Below are positions 12,201-24,223 of a stretch of 64,000 bases of DNA, piece by piece. Below the pieces are notes generated by a model. That model worked only from the letters and a program-made list of their open reading frames with translations, did no database searches and was not told where the DNA came from. Source of the stretch: Eledone cirrhosa. Its lineage: Eukaryota. The stretch's first letter is position 1, and the number at the start of each line of letters is the position of its first letter. The DNA lies in assembly GCA_964016885.1 (NCBI GenBank), contig OZ024760.1, positions 28,334,001 to 28,398,000 on the forward strand. Reading direction: 5' to 3'. The translations under genes were made by a program, and so were the position numbers.

Positions 12201-14917
12201 ACATGACAAGAAGGCACCCAGTCAACTCTGTAAGGTAGTCATGCTGGTGATATGGCAAGAAGGCACCCAGTCCACTTTGTAAGGTAAATGTCTCGCATAA
12301 CATTTACATTACTCTATATATACTATTGTATTTTCGTGGTAAAGGCTTTACCTCACATAATTATCTTACAGAATATTGAACCCATGCGATTTTGATATTA
12401 TCTATTTTGAGAACAATACCTCAACATCAGTATCAGTGGCCAGTTTGAACAAAACGGTGAGAGAATTCTGGCTGGTTTAAATGCTAAAGGGCTAAAGGGC
12501 TAAACTTTTGTCAAATGAGGTGCCTATATTGTTAATGAAATGACAATTAATTAACCAATACTTTTGAGAAGACAGAGGTTACTTTCCTCACCATTCTCGT
12601 GTAGCACCCATCCACCATCTGAACATTAATCAGTATAAACTGAGGATGAAGAACTCAGGGCTGTACGGGAGCCTCCCAAAAGTCAGCTCGAGAGTAGCAC
12701 AGAGGAGACTGGGGTTAGCTGGACATGCTCACCGACATCCAGAGTTGACACTGCACTCAGTGCTCCTTGGGAGGCCCTGCATGGACACTGGAAGTGGAAG
12801 ACCGAGGTTAACGTATGTTGATGCGCTAAGGACAGACACTGGTCTGTTGGAGACGCAGGACATGGCAGCGATAATGAGGGACAGAGACCACTGGAGAGAA
12901 CTCGTCCACGGATCTCGGGAATTTTACCCGCCCTAGAGAGAGGTTACTTAGGTGCACCATTTTCTTTTTGTGTATCTCGTAATTTTTTTATTTTTTTTTG
13001 TATAATTTATTGTAATTGTCATGGGCATTGTCCCCTTTCAGGAAGATGTACAAGGTTTCAAATTCCAGGATTTCTTTCGGGGTCCTGCAGAGAAACTCAA
13101 CCAAAAGAAAGTGAAGTTTGCTGGTGTTGATGATGATGATGATGATGACAAGTAAGAGGTTTTTCACTTATCAAACCTATTATTTTTTTTCTCTCTGCAT
13201 TTGCACACATGCACATACCACAGACACTATTGCACCCATTTTTAATTGGTGTGCGAAGTGCAATTGTGCATGGTAGTGAAACACGGGCAGTGACTGCAGA
13301 GGACATGTATAGGTTGGAGAGAAATGAAGCAACCATGCTTCATTTGATGAACTGAGGAAGAAACTTGGGTTAAGAGGAATTCGAGATGATGTGCAGGAGA
13401 GAAGACTGCATTGGTATGGATGAGGGATCGATGGGTGGAGAAATGCCAGGAAATCTCAGTGGAGGGAAGCCACAGTAGAGGTAGATCAAGAAAGACCTGG
13501 GCAGAGATTGTGAGAGCTAATCACAGATCACTGAGACTCACAGAAAAGATAACGATGAAATGCGAGGAGAGATGCTGTCCTGAAAAAGACCCATCCAACT
13601 TATGCAAGCGTGGAAAGACAGATGTAAAAACGATGGTAGTGGTGATGCTATTGTTTTTTATTTTTTCTGTTTAATTTAGCAGTGAAGTTGAAAACGAGAG
13701 TGAAGAAGGAGAAGACATTTCAGAGATTATTGGTGGACAAGAAAGTAAATCTACATTTGAGTTGCGGCAAGAGAGAGTGAGTACATATAACTTACTATAT
13801 ATATATAACAGAAAAAGCATTGTTGAATAGGAAACACAAATTTAAATAACTTTGAAAACCATACAATGCACTAGAAAATTAAAATTGTTAAGATAGCAAT
13901 AGAATCTTACCTTAGCAAATTTTGCTATGGTAAGATTCTGTTGCTATCTTAGCAATTTTAATTTTCTAGTGCATTGTATGGTTTTCAAAGTTATTTAAAT
14001 ATATATATCTATATATGTGTGCGTGAAAGTTCCTCCTTTGGTCACGAATGACCATGGAATTTGCGCCCAGAAAGTTTCCCTTCGAGGTACAAGTCTGGGC
14101 AAAGTTGTTTGTGGAAGACCAGCAGTCACCCATGCATACCTGCCTGATTGTTAGGTATATATATATCACCTAGACTGCTGGGTGTATATAACTGCTGAGT
14201 GTATATATCAGCTGAACTGGTCGGTATATATACCACCTAGACTGCTGGGTATATATGTATATATATATATATATATATATACCACCTAGACTGCTGGGTA
14301 TATATATATATATACCACCTAGACTGCTGGGTATATATATATATATATACATACATACCACCTAGACTGCTGGGTATATATATATATACCACCTAGACTG
14401 TTGGGTATATATATATATATATACATACACCCAGTAGTCTAGGTGGTATATACCCAACAGCCTAGGTGGTATATATATATATATACATATATACCCAGCA
14501 GTCTAGGTGGTATGTATATATATATATATATATAGGCACCTCTAACAAAATACACCCCCGTCCCACTACCCACACCCCATCCACACCACCCCTTTCAATG
14601 TAAAGTTATGTTGATGCCACAACATCCAGTCCAAAACAAATGAGGTCGTGTAGGTATCACGACAAAAAAACACAGTCCACGCTGTAATGTGGCCGTGTAG
14701 GTAACACGGTAAAAACCTCCCAGTCCACACTGTAAACGTGGTTGGTGTTAGGAAGGGCATCCAGCCGTAGAAAACCAGCCAGACAGTCCTATGTGAGCAA
14801 GACAACCAATCTTGCCTCAAGTGGGAAAACTCCCGTCCAAACCCATGCTAGCGTGGAATATGGACGTTAAACGATGATGATGATATGTATATATATATGT
14901 ACCACCTAGACTGCTGG

Positions 14918-14953
<36 letters not shown>

Positions 14954-15238
14954 CACCTAGACTGCTGGGTGTATGTAAATATATATATATATATATATAC
15001 ACCACCTAGACTGCTGGGTGTGTATATATATATATATATATATACACACCCAGACTGCTGGGTGTATATATATATCCCACCTAGACTGCTGGGTATATAT
15101 ATATATATATATATATCACCGAGGTCGTCATGGTGATAACACTGATCATGGTATCGATCACTCAAGACCGCTCAATATCGTCGCCATGGTGATAACACTG
15201 ATCAATATCGTTGTCATGGTGACATTGGTTTAAATCCA

Positions 15239-15270
<32 letters not shown>

Positions 15271-18200
15271 GTGGGGATATTTCACAGTTGAAAATAAAAA
15301 TTGCCAAGCTTGAGAAAGCGAGCGTCTCTGAGAACCCCTGGCAACTGAAAGGAGAAATAGGAGCCACTGCCAGGCCTGAAAATAGTCTTCTAGAAGAACA
15401 TGTTCAGTTTGATTCCACCTTGAAGTTACGTAAGTATTTTGGCTTGAGTGTTACCTGACAGAACCTCTTTCAATAAATATATTATGTTATCTTCTTCTTT
15501 GATTTCTTTTCTCTCTTCTTCGTCTTTGCCTTCTTCTTTTCTCTCTTCGTCTTTGCCTTCTTCTTTTCTCTCTTCGTCTTTGCCTCTTCTTTTCTCTCTT
15601 CGTCTTTGCCTCTTCTTTTCTCTCTTCTTCGTCTTTGCCTTCTTCTTTTCTCTCTTCGTCTTTGCCTCTTCTTTTCTCTCTTCTTCGTCTTTGCCTTCTT
15701 CTTTTCTCTCTTCGTGTTTGCCTCTTCTTTTCTCTCTTCGTCTTTGCCTCTTCTTTTCTCTCTTCTTCGTCTTTGCCTCTTCTTTTCTCTCTTCTTTGTC
15801 TTTGCCTTCTTCTTTGCTGGATCCCCAAGTGAGACCAGCCGATCTCATGGATGTTATCCAACCATCTTGCTCAGGGTCTACTCCTGGATTTCTTGCCGGT
15901 TGATTTTGCCCATAAAATCTGTCCAGTGACTCTTTCTTAAGACATTTTCACCACATGTCTATAGTATCTGAGCTGTGATTTCTCAATTGACAGAAGTAGT
16001 GGCTCTACCTGGAGTGGGTCTCTGATCTCCAGACTATGCACTCTACTGGGTAACATCAAAAGACTCATCGGAGGAACTCCATTTCGGCTGCTTGTATTCT
16101 TTGAGTCATTACCCAAGATTCATAACCATAGGTAAGGTTTGGTACAAATACCGAATTGAAGATAGAGTTTGGCTTTTACACCTACCTCCCTTTGTATGAT
16201 GGTCAAATGCTGAAGTTGGTGTATTACTGCTAATCTCTTACTCAATAACAATATTTGAACCTAACCTGTTCAAGACGGTTTCTAACACAAAAATTCCTTT
16301 CATTACCATATTTCTAATGAAAGACACTGTCTATGTCATTAACCCTTTCGTTACCATATTTCTAATGAAAGACACTGTCTATGTCATTAACCCTTTCATT
16401 ACCATATTTCTAATGAAAGACACTGCCTATGTCATTAACCCTTTCATTACCATATTCCTAATGAAAGACACTGTCGATGTCATTAACCCTTTCGTTACCA
16501 TATTTCTAATGAAAGATATTGTCTATGTCATTAAACTTTCATTACCATATTTCTAATGAAAGACACTGTCTGTGTCATTAACCCTTTCATTACCATATTT
16601 CTAATGAAAAATATTGTCTATGTCATTGACCCTTTCATTACCATATTTCTAATGAAGGACACTGTCTATGTCATTAACCCTTTCATTACCATATTTCTAA
16701 TGAAAGACACTGCCTATGTCATTAACCCTTTCATTACCATATTCCTAATGAAAGACACTGTTTATGTCATTAACCCTTTCATTACCATATTTCTAATGAA
16801 AGACACTGTCTATGTCATTAACCCTTTCATTACCATATTTCTAATGAAAGACAGTGCCTATGATTTTCGAAGATTTTGGAGGGATTTAGTAATATAACTA
16901 ACTTTCTTGTTGTTAAGCTGGAGTTTGAAACAGAACTTAACCCTTTAGCATTTACATTACTCTGTATATACTGGAGGCACATGGCTTAGTGGTTAGAGCA
17001 TTGGCCTTGCAATCGAAAGGTTGTGAGTTCAATTCTCAGACCGGGTGATGTGTTGTTTCCTTGAACAAGAAACTTTATTTCACATTGCTCCAGTTTACTC
17101 AGCTGTAGAAATGAGATGATAGGGACTGAGGTCCTTATCATTCCGCTGCAAAGTGGTCGTGCAGGTGCCACGGCAAAAAAAGCACCCAGCACTCACTGTA
17201 AATGAGGTTGGTGTTAGGAAGGGCATCCAGCTGTAGAAATCAAGCCAGCATCAGTTCCCGTCCTACCCTTGCAAGCAGGGAAAAAGCAGACGTAAAATGA
17301 AATGATGATGACTCTTGTATTTTTGTGGTAAAAGCTTTATCATCATCATCATCATCATCATCGTCATCATCATCATCATCATTTTACGTCCGCTTTTCCC
17401 TGCTTGCAAGGGTGGGACGGGAACTGATTCTCGCTTGACTTCTACAACTGGATGCCCTTCCTAACACCAACCTCATTTACAGTGAGTGCTGGGTGCTTTT
17501 TTTCCGTGGCACCTACACGTCCACTTTACAGTGTGGGCTGAGTGCTTTTTTGCCGTGGCACCTCCACGACCACTTTGCAGTGGAATGATAGGAAGCCCCA
17601 GTCCCTATCATCTCATTTCTACAGCTAGGTCAACTGGAGCAATGTGAAATAAAGTGTCTTGCTCAAGGAAACAACACATCACCCAGTCGGAGAATTGAAC
17701 TCACAACCTTTCGATTGCAAAGCCAATGCTCTAACCACTAAGCCATGTGCCTCCTTATATTATCTCACATAATATCGAATCTACGAGATTTTGGTATTAT
17801 TTCTTTTGAGAACAATACCTTAACATCAGTATGAGCAACTGGTTATGTCCAGTTTGAACAGAAAGCAGTGAAAGAATTCTGGCTGGTTATGGCCAGTTTA
17901 AGCAGAAAGAGGTGAGAGAATTCTGGCCAGGTGTGGCCAGTTTAAATGCTAAAGGGTTAACAAAGGGTTACATGAAATTATACTGGGATTTATCTAGATA
18001 GATATAAACACTTTAAAACAAACAGTTTTGTATTGTAGAAGCAGGGTGGGGTCAGCTGGTCTGGTATACAATAATCTGGTATTATAAACATGAAAGTCTT
18101 TTAATATTTCAGCGCCTGAAATTACCGAAGAAACTACAAAAACTATTGAAGATATCATAATTCAAAGAATCAAAGACCAAGTAATTATTATTATTGTTTT

Positions 18201-19460
18201 TTTGTCTGTTTTTTTTTTTTTCTTCTTAGTTGAGGTGGTGCTGATTGTTGTGGTAGTGGTGGTGGTGGTGGTAGTGGTAGTGGTGGTTATTAATGGTGGT
18301 GGTGGTGGTAACGGCAACTGTGTTGGTGGCAGCAGCTATAACGATAATGATGGTTGTATTGGTGATTGTGATGATGATGATGATGTACTATTTTCTAGGC
18401 TTGGGATGATGTGGAGCGGAGATCAAAGGTGCCAGTGACACCGTTTGAATATAAAAAAGCTGTGGTATTGGATCAAGAGAAGAGCAAATTGAGTCTTGGA
18501 GAAATCTATGAGAAGGAATTCCTTCAGCAGCAGGAGGTAAGATATTACTGGTATTGCTGTGACATGGGGTGAGATATTACTGGTATTGCTGTGACATGGG
18601 GTAAGATATTACTGGTATTGCTGTGACATGGGGTGAGATTTTACTGGTATTGCTGTGACATGGGGATGTGATATTACTGGTATTGCTGTGACATGGGGTG
18701 AGATATTACTGGTATTGCTGTGACATGGGGTGAGATATTACTGGTATTGTTGTGACAGGACAGTGACTGTTGAGGTGTGATATTACTGGTATTGCTGTGA
18801 CATGAGGTGTGATATTACTGGTATTACTGTGACAGTTGACATAAGATATTACTGGTATTGCTGTGACAGTTGAGGTGTGATATTATTGGTATTACTGTGA
18901 CATGAGGTGAGATATTACTGGTACTACTGTGACAGTTGGGGTGTGATATTACTGGTATTACTGTAACTATTGAGGTGTGATATTACTGGTATTGCTGTGT
19001 CAGTTGACGTAAGATATTACTTGTATTGTTGTGACACTTGAGGTGAGATATTACTGGTATTGTGACATGAGCTGTGACTATTGTGGTGTGATGTTTCTGG
19101 TATTGCTGTGACATGACTGAAGTGTTTGTTCTGATATTTTCCAGCCTGAAACCAATAAAGAAGATAAAGCAGATCCCTTACATGAGGAGATTGATAAACT
19201 AATGAACTCCCTCTTTCTCAAGTTAGATGCACTCTCAAACTTCCACTTCACACCAAAACTGGTAACAAATCTCTCACTTTTATATATACATATATTGGTA
19301 GAAACACTAGAGTGTTGGGCAACATGCTCTATAGCATTGAGTTACGGCCCTTTATGTTCTGGATGTGTGTGTGTTTGTATGTTGCTACTTCTATGCATTT
19401 CAATCTTTAAAATGTATGTACGTATGTAATATATTTATGTCTTGTTTCCCTGTAAGCTAG

Positions 19461-19502
<42 letters not shown>

Positions 19503-19644
19503 TCACTCACACATATATATAGATATACTCACACACATATATATATATATATATATAATATATATACACTCTCACACAACCATTTATATATATATATATA
19601 TATATATACACTCACTCACACACACATATATATATATACACTCT

Positions 19645-19695
<51 letters not shown>

Positions 19696-19726
19696 TCACT
19701 CATACACACATATATATAGATATACT

Positions 19727-19764
<38 letters not shown>

Positions 19765-22700
19765 CACTCTCATACACACATATATATATACACACACACA
19801 TATATATATACTCACACACATATATATATACACTCACACACACACAATAATATATATATTTGGCGCTAGGAAGGACATCCAGCTTGAAACAGTCCTATAT
19901 GAGCGAGACACGGTCACCCAACCCAACTTTTCCTCAAAATGGGACAAATCCGTCATCTAACCCATGCTAGCGTGGAAGGTGGACATTGAATGATGATGAT
20001 GATATATATATATATATATCCCCCACCCCCACCCCCTCAAGAGCGTGAAACTAATAAACCTTTGTTTGTACTGCCTCTCTGTTTTTGTTCCCATTCCCAT
20101 TCCAGTTTTCACTATATATATATATATATATATATGTAGGAGGTGAGTTTTATTGTAGTACAATAAAGCAATGCAGATATCGGATAAGAAGCACTCTACA
20201 GTTTGTAGGACTGGAGTATACATAATATATAAGAACAAAAGATGGTTAAAAGAGTTCGATGTATTTTATTATGTGCATTTCAAAAACAAATATCATCATG
20301 CAATAATATTTGTGTTTTCATCAGATAAAACAGGAAGACATGATATGAAGGTTAAAAAACACTATGACATGATATGAAGGTTAAAAACTGCACTATCCAC
20401 AAGTGTTTTTTAACCTTCATATCATGTCTTCCTGTTTTATCTGATGAAAACAAATATTATTGCATGATGATATTTGTTTTTGAAATGCGCATAATAAAAT
20501 ACATGGAACTCTTTTAACCATCTTTTGTTCTTATATATTATATATATATATATACAAAATTTAGTATAGCATCAACGAAGCCATGGTTGCAGCCATGCAG
20601 TTTCGGTGTGCAGCTAAGCACTCGAATAGGGTATATAACCCTAGAGTTATATCAAGATCTTTGGCGCTACGCAGTAATACAGAAGGCCCACCTTGCCTAA
20701 GTACAAAGCGAAACCTACAGTCAGTAGGCACCTCTTAACCAAAATACACCCCTGTCCCACTACCCCTACCCCCACCGCCATCCACACCACCCCTTTCGAT
20801 GTAAACTTATGTTGGTACCACAACATCCAGTCCTAAACATCGTGTAGGTGTCACAACAAAAAACACACAGTCCACGCTGTAATGTGGCCGTGTAGGTAAC
20901 ACGGTAAAAACCTCCCAGTCCACACTGTAAATGAGGTTGGTGTTAGGAAGGGCATCCAGCCGTAGAAAACTTGCCAGACAGTCCTACACGAGCAAGACAA
21001 CCAATCTTGCCTCAAGTGGGACAATTCCCGTCCAGACCCATGCTAGCATGGAAGATGGACGTTAAACGATGATGATGATATATATATGTATATATATATA
21101 CACACATATATATACACACAGAGACTAGGAGTTAATTAACTAATTTTGTATTAATTTCAGCCAATATCTGAGGTGAAAATAGTGTCTAATTTACCATCTA
21201 TCACCATGGAAGAAGTTGCTCCTGTATCTGTTAGTGATCTACAGCTGGCAGCCCCCAAGGAATTACTGGTAAGTAATTTATTTTTGGTTGTTTGTTATTG
21301 TTTTGTTTTGTTTTTGCTGATTTTAACTGGTCGCTGGGTGTCTTTAGCAGAGCCGACATAGTTGTAAACTTTAGGGCAAGATCTATCACCCGCTGGGTTC
21401 AGGGACCCTGAAGAGGGTCATGGGTGCTGCCCTTCCCTTCGTGACTAAATAGTCAGTGAAAAAGGTTATGCTGGTTTTTCTTTTTCCCCTGTATTTTTAT
21501 TTGTTGTTGTTTAACCCTAGGTCAACCCCAATCAACCAGGCAGACCTATGATCAAAGATATATAAACACTTTAAAATAAACAGCTTTTTATCATAGAACC
21601 AGGGATGGTTTCAGGTGGGTTTCATATCAAAAGGGTTAAATGTCTATGTGATTTAGGGATCAAATGATTGTTACATTTTTCTTTATATTTTTACTGGTTT
21701 CAGTCATATTAAACTGGCCATGCTGGGGCACTGGATTTTTTTTTTTGTATTTTATTTTTATTTTTATTTCTTCATAGGAACCTCTCCGAACATCCCTGAA
21801 GGGAAAATCCGAGTTTTCAGCTGCAGACAAGAATCGCCAGCGGAAAATGAAGAAAAAATTGTACAAATTGAAGGAAAAAGAAAGGGAAAAGAAAGAGAAA
21901 TTGAGGGAAAGTTTTAATCCAAGCTCGGAAAAGACGGCAAAAGCTGTTGCCTTGAGGAAACTGGAGAAGCAGAGTAAAGGAAGCAAAAGAATAACAATTC
22001 TCAAGGTTGGTATTCTTGTACTTTGGCCATGCTGGGGCATTGCTTTCAACGGTTTTTAGTCAGTTATATGTAGCGACTCTGTGTCTAGATTCCAATATTT
22101 CTAATAACAATGTCTGTTTCAACATGATTCCCTATCAAGAATCTTACAAAATAAATTATCATCATTGTGACCACAGTCGAACATTCTTGACAAAGTCTCT
22201 CCACAATTCATGATTCCCACGATAGTAACTTGTGTATAACATACTCTGCTGTGTCTCCCATAAGTTGGTTCCCACGATAGTAACTTGTGTATAACATCCT
22301 CTGCTGTGTCTCCCATAGGTTGGTTCCCACGATAGTAACTTGTGTATAACATGCTCTGCTGTGTCTCCCATAAGTTGGTTCCCACAATAGTAACTTGTGT
22401 ATAACATGCTCTGCTGTGTCTCCCATAAGTTGGTTCCCACAATAGTAACTTGTGTATAACATACTCTGCTGTGTCTCCCATAAGTTGGTTCCCATGATAG
22501 TAACTTGTGTATAACATCCTCTGCTGTGTCTCCTATAAGTTGGTTCCCACGATAGTAACTTGTGTATAACATCCTCTGCTGTGTCTCCCATAAGTTGGTT
22601 CCCACAATAGTAACTTGTGTATAACATCCTCTGCTGTGTCTCCCATAAGTTGGTTCCCACAACAGTAACTTGTGTATAACATCCTCTGCTGTGTCTCCCA

Positions 22701-23492
22701 TAAGTTGGTTCCCACAACAGTAACTTGTGTATAACTCCCTGCTTACTTCTCCAGCAATGCCCTACAAACTGTAACCATCTTTGAGCAACTGTAGTTATCT
22801 TAGGCAAGTTTCTCTACAAACTTCCATCTTTAATACATTGACGCCAGTTTATGTTTGTACAACCCTAAGTATTTTAGTGTATGGCACCATCTAGTTACTT
22901 CTTAAATGCTTGTATCAGGGTCCATGTTCCTGATCTATACAGCAACACTGGCTCAAGTGCTTGTATCAGAGTCCATGTACCTGATCCATACAACACTGGC
23001 TCAAGTGCTTGAGTCAGGGTCCATGACTCAACAGATGTTGACCCTTCTGGGTAGACTTCCATATCCTTCCTTTCTGTTTTCTTCATTGCAACCCAGACTT
23101 TGGAAATTCTAAATGTCAATATTAGATCTCTTTTATTCAGTCACTTATATTTTTTCTTTCTGACTTCACATGTCCTGTCATGTGTTGCCCTTCCTTACCC
23201 TCGCATGTCCTCCTGTCCTCTCATGACCTGTCTCACCCTGCCCTCACCCTGTCCTGTCCTGCCCTACCCTCTCCTGACCTGTCTCACTCTGCCCTGTCAT
23301 TCATTTATTCATCCCTTTCTTTCATTGTATTTTAAATTCTTTCAGAACAAAGGCAAGAAAAAAGTAAATTCTTCGTCTGAATTCTTCAGTCGGCTCCAAA
23401 ACGAAGTCCGAAGCAGCGGTGACGCCCAAAAGAAACACTCTGCTAAAAAACAGAAACTCAGCCATCAATCCGCCATATTTTTAAAGTTGTAA
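6211..23492 (+). CDS. MPHOSPH10: U3 snoRNP protein Mpp10; exons 6211-6287, 10872-11652, 13042-13151, 13680-13776, 15288-15429, 18113-18180, 18399-18536, 19145-19261, 21161-21268, 21778-22005, 23346-23492 (2013 nt, 670 aa)
   Basis: All introns are GT-AG with compatible phases. Family motifs: [143 protein letters not shown] at 23523. Confidence 0.95.
7161..10534 (-). mobile_element. RTE-clade non-LTR retrotransposon (family 1), slightly 5'-truncated, frameshifted; in MPP10 intron 1
   Basis: APE endonuclease ([18 protein letters not shown]), RT ([28 protein letters not shown]), LRWYGH motif, (GAT)n tail at 7161. Confidence 0.93.
11712..12285. repeat. 48-bp minisatellite, ~12 copies, related (reverse strand) to the 2290-4085 unit
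   Basis: Unit ctggtgacatgacaaaaagcacccagtccactgtgcaaggtagtcatg. Confidence 0.9.
12640..12940 (+). mobile_element. RTE-like LINE 3' fragment (second copy at 41805-42025)
   Basis: [29 protein letters not shown]. Confidence 0.7.
13839..14000. repeat. Near-perfect ~80-bp-arm palindrome in MPP10 intron 4
   Basis: atttaaataactttgaaaaccatacaatgcactag..tagcaaa|ttttgcta..ctagtgcattgtatggttttcaaagttatttaaat. Confidence 0.85.
14167..15117. repeat. ACCACCTAGACTGCTGGG units separated by variable (TA)n, with an internal inversion and a LINE-tail insertion
   Basis: About 15 copies; copies at 14430-14512 are reverse-complemented. Confidence 0.85.
14535..14884 (+). mobile_element. RTE family 1 3'-end copy (short truncated copies also at 2140-2300, 20655-21078, 39822-40207, 40890-41057, 53977-54135, 54173-54550)
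   Basis: Matches 7161-7530 including the (GAT)n tail. Confidence 0.8.
15815..16230 (-). mobile_element. Old RTE-like LINE 3' fragment with an expanded (GAA)-rich tail at 15490-15815
   Basis: Minus strand reads [48 protein letters not shown]; contains one copy of the 65-bp satellite monomer. Confidence 0.65.
16295..16860. repeat. 48-bp tandem repeat, ~12 copies, of a piggyBac-like MITE left terminus
   Basis: Unit contains TTAA|CCCTTTC; the array runs on into MITE internal sequence. Confidence 0.9.
16973..17310 (+). mobile_element. tRNA-derived CORE-type SINE with RTE-like tail
   Basis: A box TGGCTTAGTGG, B box GAGTTCAATTC, CORE-like CCTTGAACAAG.ACTT..CAGTTTACTCAGCTGTAGAAATG, (GAT)n tail. 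Confidence 0.8.
17339..17754 (-). mobile_element. Same CORE-type SINE, inverted relative to 16973-17310
   Basis: Reverse-complement match over the full length. Confidence 0.82.
18537..19115. repeat. 32-36-bp minisatellite filling MPP10 intron 7
   Basis: Unit gt(a/g)agatattactggtattgctgtgacatggg, starting exactly at the exon-7 donor. Confidence 0.9.
20263..20331 (-). ncRNA. Inverted second copy of the hammerhead ribozyme
   Basis: Reverse complement reads gttttat-CTGATGA-aaacacaaatatt..gatatttgttttt-GAAA-tgcaca-TA|ataaaat. Confidence 0.72.
20434..20500 (+). ncRNA. Minimal type I hammerhead ribozyme (Penelope/retrozyme type), intact core
   Basis: gttttat-CTGATGA-[aaacaaatatt..gatatttgttttt]-GAAA-tgcgca-TA|ataaaat. 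Stem I pairs and stem III is palindromic. Confidence 0.8.
22213..22735. repeat. 59-bp tandem repeat, ~9 copies, within a minus-strand RTE-like fragment (22213-23125)
   Basis: Minus strand reads [34 protein letters not shown], with the last segment reiterated. Confidence 0.9.
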
Positions 23493-24223
23493 ATTACATT
23501 TATTCAAAATACTCCAAATGTAAATAAAACTTGTTTTTTTCTTATTTTCAAATGTTATTTCTTTTATTTATTAACTCTTTATATTAGTGACATAGGTATT
23601 GTCTTTCATAAAGTACCAGTAATGCACTGGGGCTAATTTAATTGTCTGTCACCTCCCTTGTGCCTAAATCAGAAACCATTTTTAAGCAGATTTTTAAATA
23701 GTTTTGAAAATAATGAGTTATTTTCAGAGGGATTTAGTAAAATAACTTTCTCATTATTAAGCTGATGTTTGGAACGTAACTTAATGGTTCTCACATAAAT
23801 TAGAATACAAAGTGTTTAGATAAATATAAACACTTTAAAATAAGCAGTTTTGTATCATAGAACCAGGGACAGTTTCAGGCAGTTTAGTATGAAGAGGTTA
23901 AAAGTGTGTCTTCAAAATGGTTTATAAGGTTCCCTTTTATTCTTGTTGCCTGCTTTTGAAACAAGGAATTCTTTTGAAAATATTTTGAAAAAGATTCTAA
24001 AATCTCGGTTAAAAAGTATAAGAAACGGGTTTAGTGAACTGTTGGTGAAAGCCAAGAATATAGTCAATAAGTCCACCAAATAGGGAATTGGTTTACTGTT
24101 TTCCAGGCACCAGAGATTGAACCCTATGTAAGGGCTCCAGCACAAAATGCAAGTACCTGAAAAAGAAAAAATAGAAATGAGATCAGAGAGTTGTTCCAGA
24201 TAAAGCCACTACTGTTCCAAATT

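Larger units (their letters stand above)
16941..17956. mobile_element. piggyBac-like non-autonomous element (MITE) carrying two nested SINEs
   Basis: TTAA|CCCTTTAGCATTTA ... TAAATGCTAAAGGG|TTAA: terminal inverted repeats with a TTAA TSD. Other copies at ~12293-12500 and 50150-50787. Confidence 0.8.

Noticed and set aside
14167-15117. CRISPR-like repeat-spacer pattern
   Set aside because: The spacers are only (TA)n, the context is a eukaryotic intron, and no cas genes are present.
15426-15929. Glu/Lys/Arg-rich ORFs
   Set aside because: Expanded GAA-rich tail of a LINE fragment in an MPP10 intron.
16973-17050. tRNA gene
   Set aside because: A and B boxes are present, but the sequence continues into a CORE domain and LINE tail and recurs as dispersed copies, so it is a SINE head.
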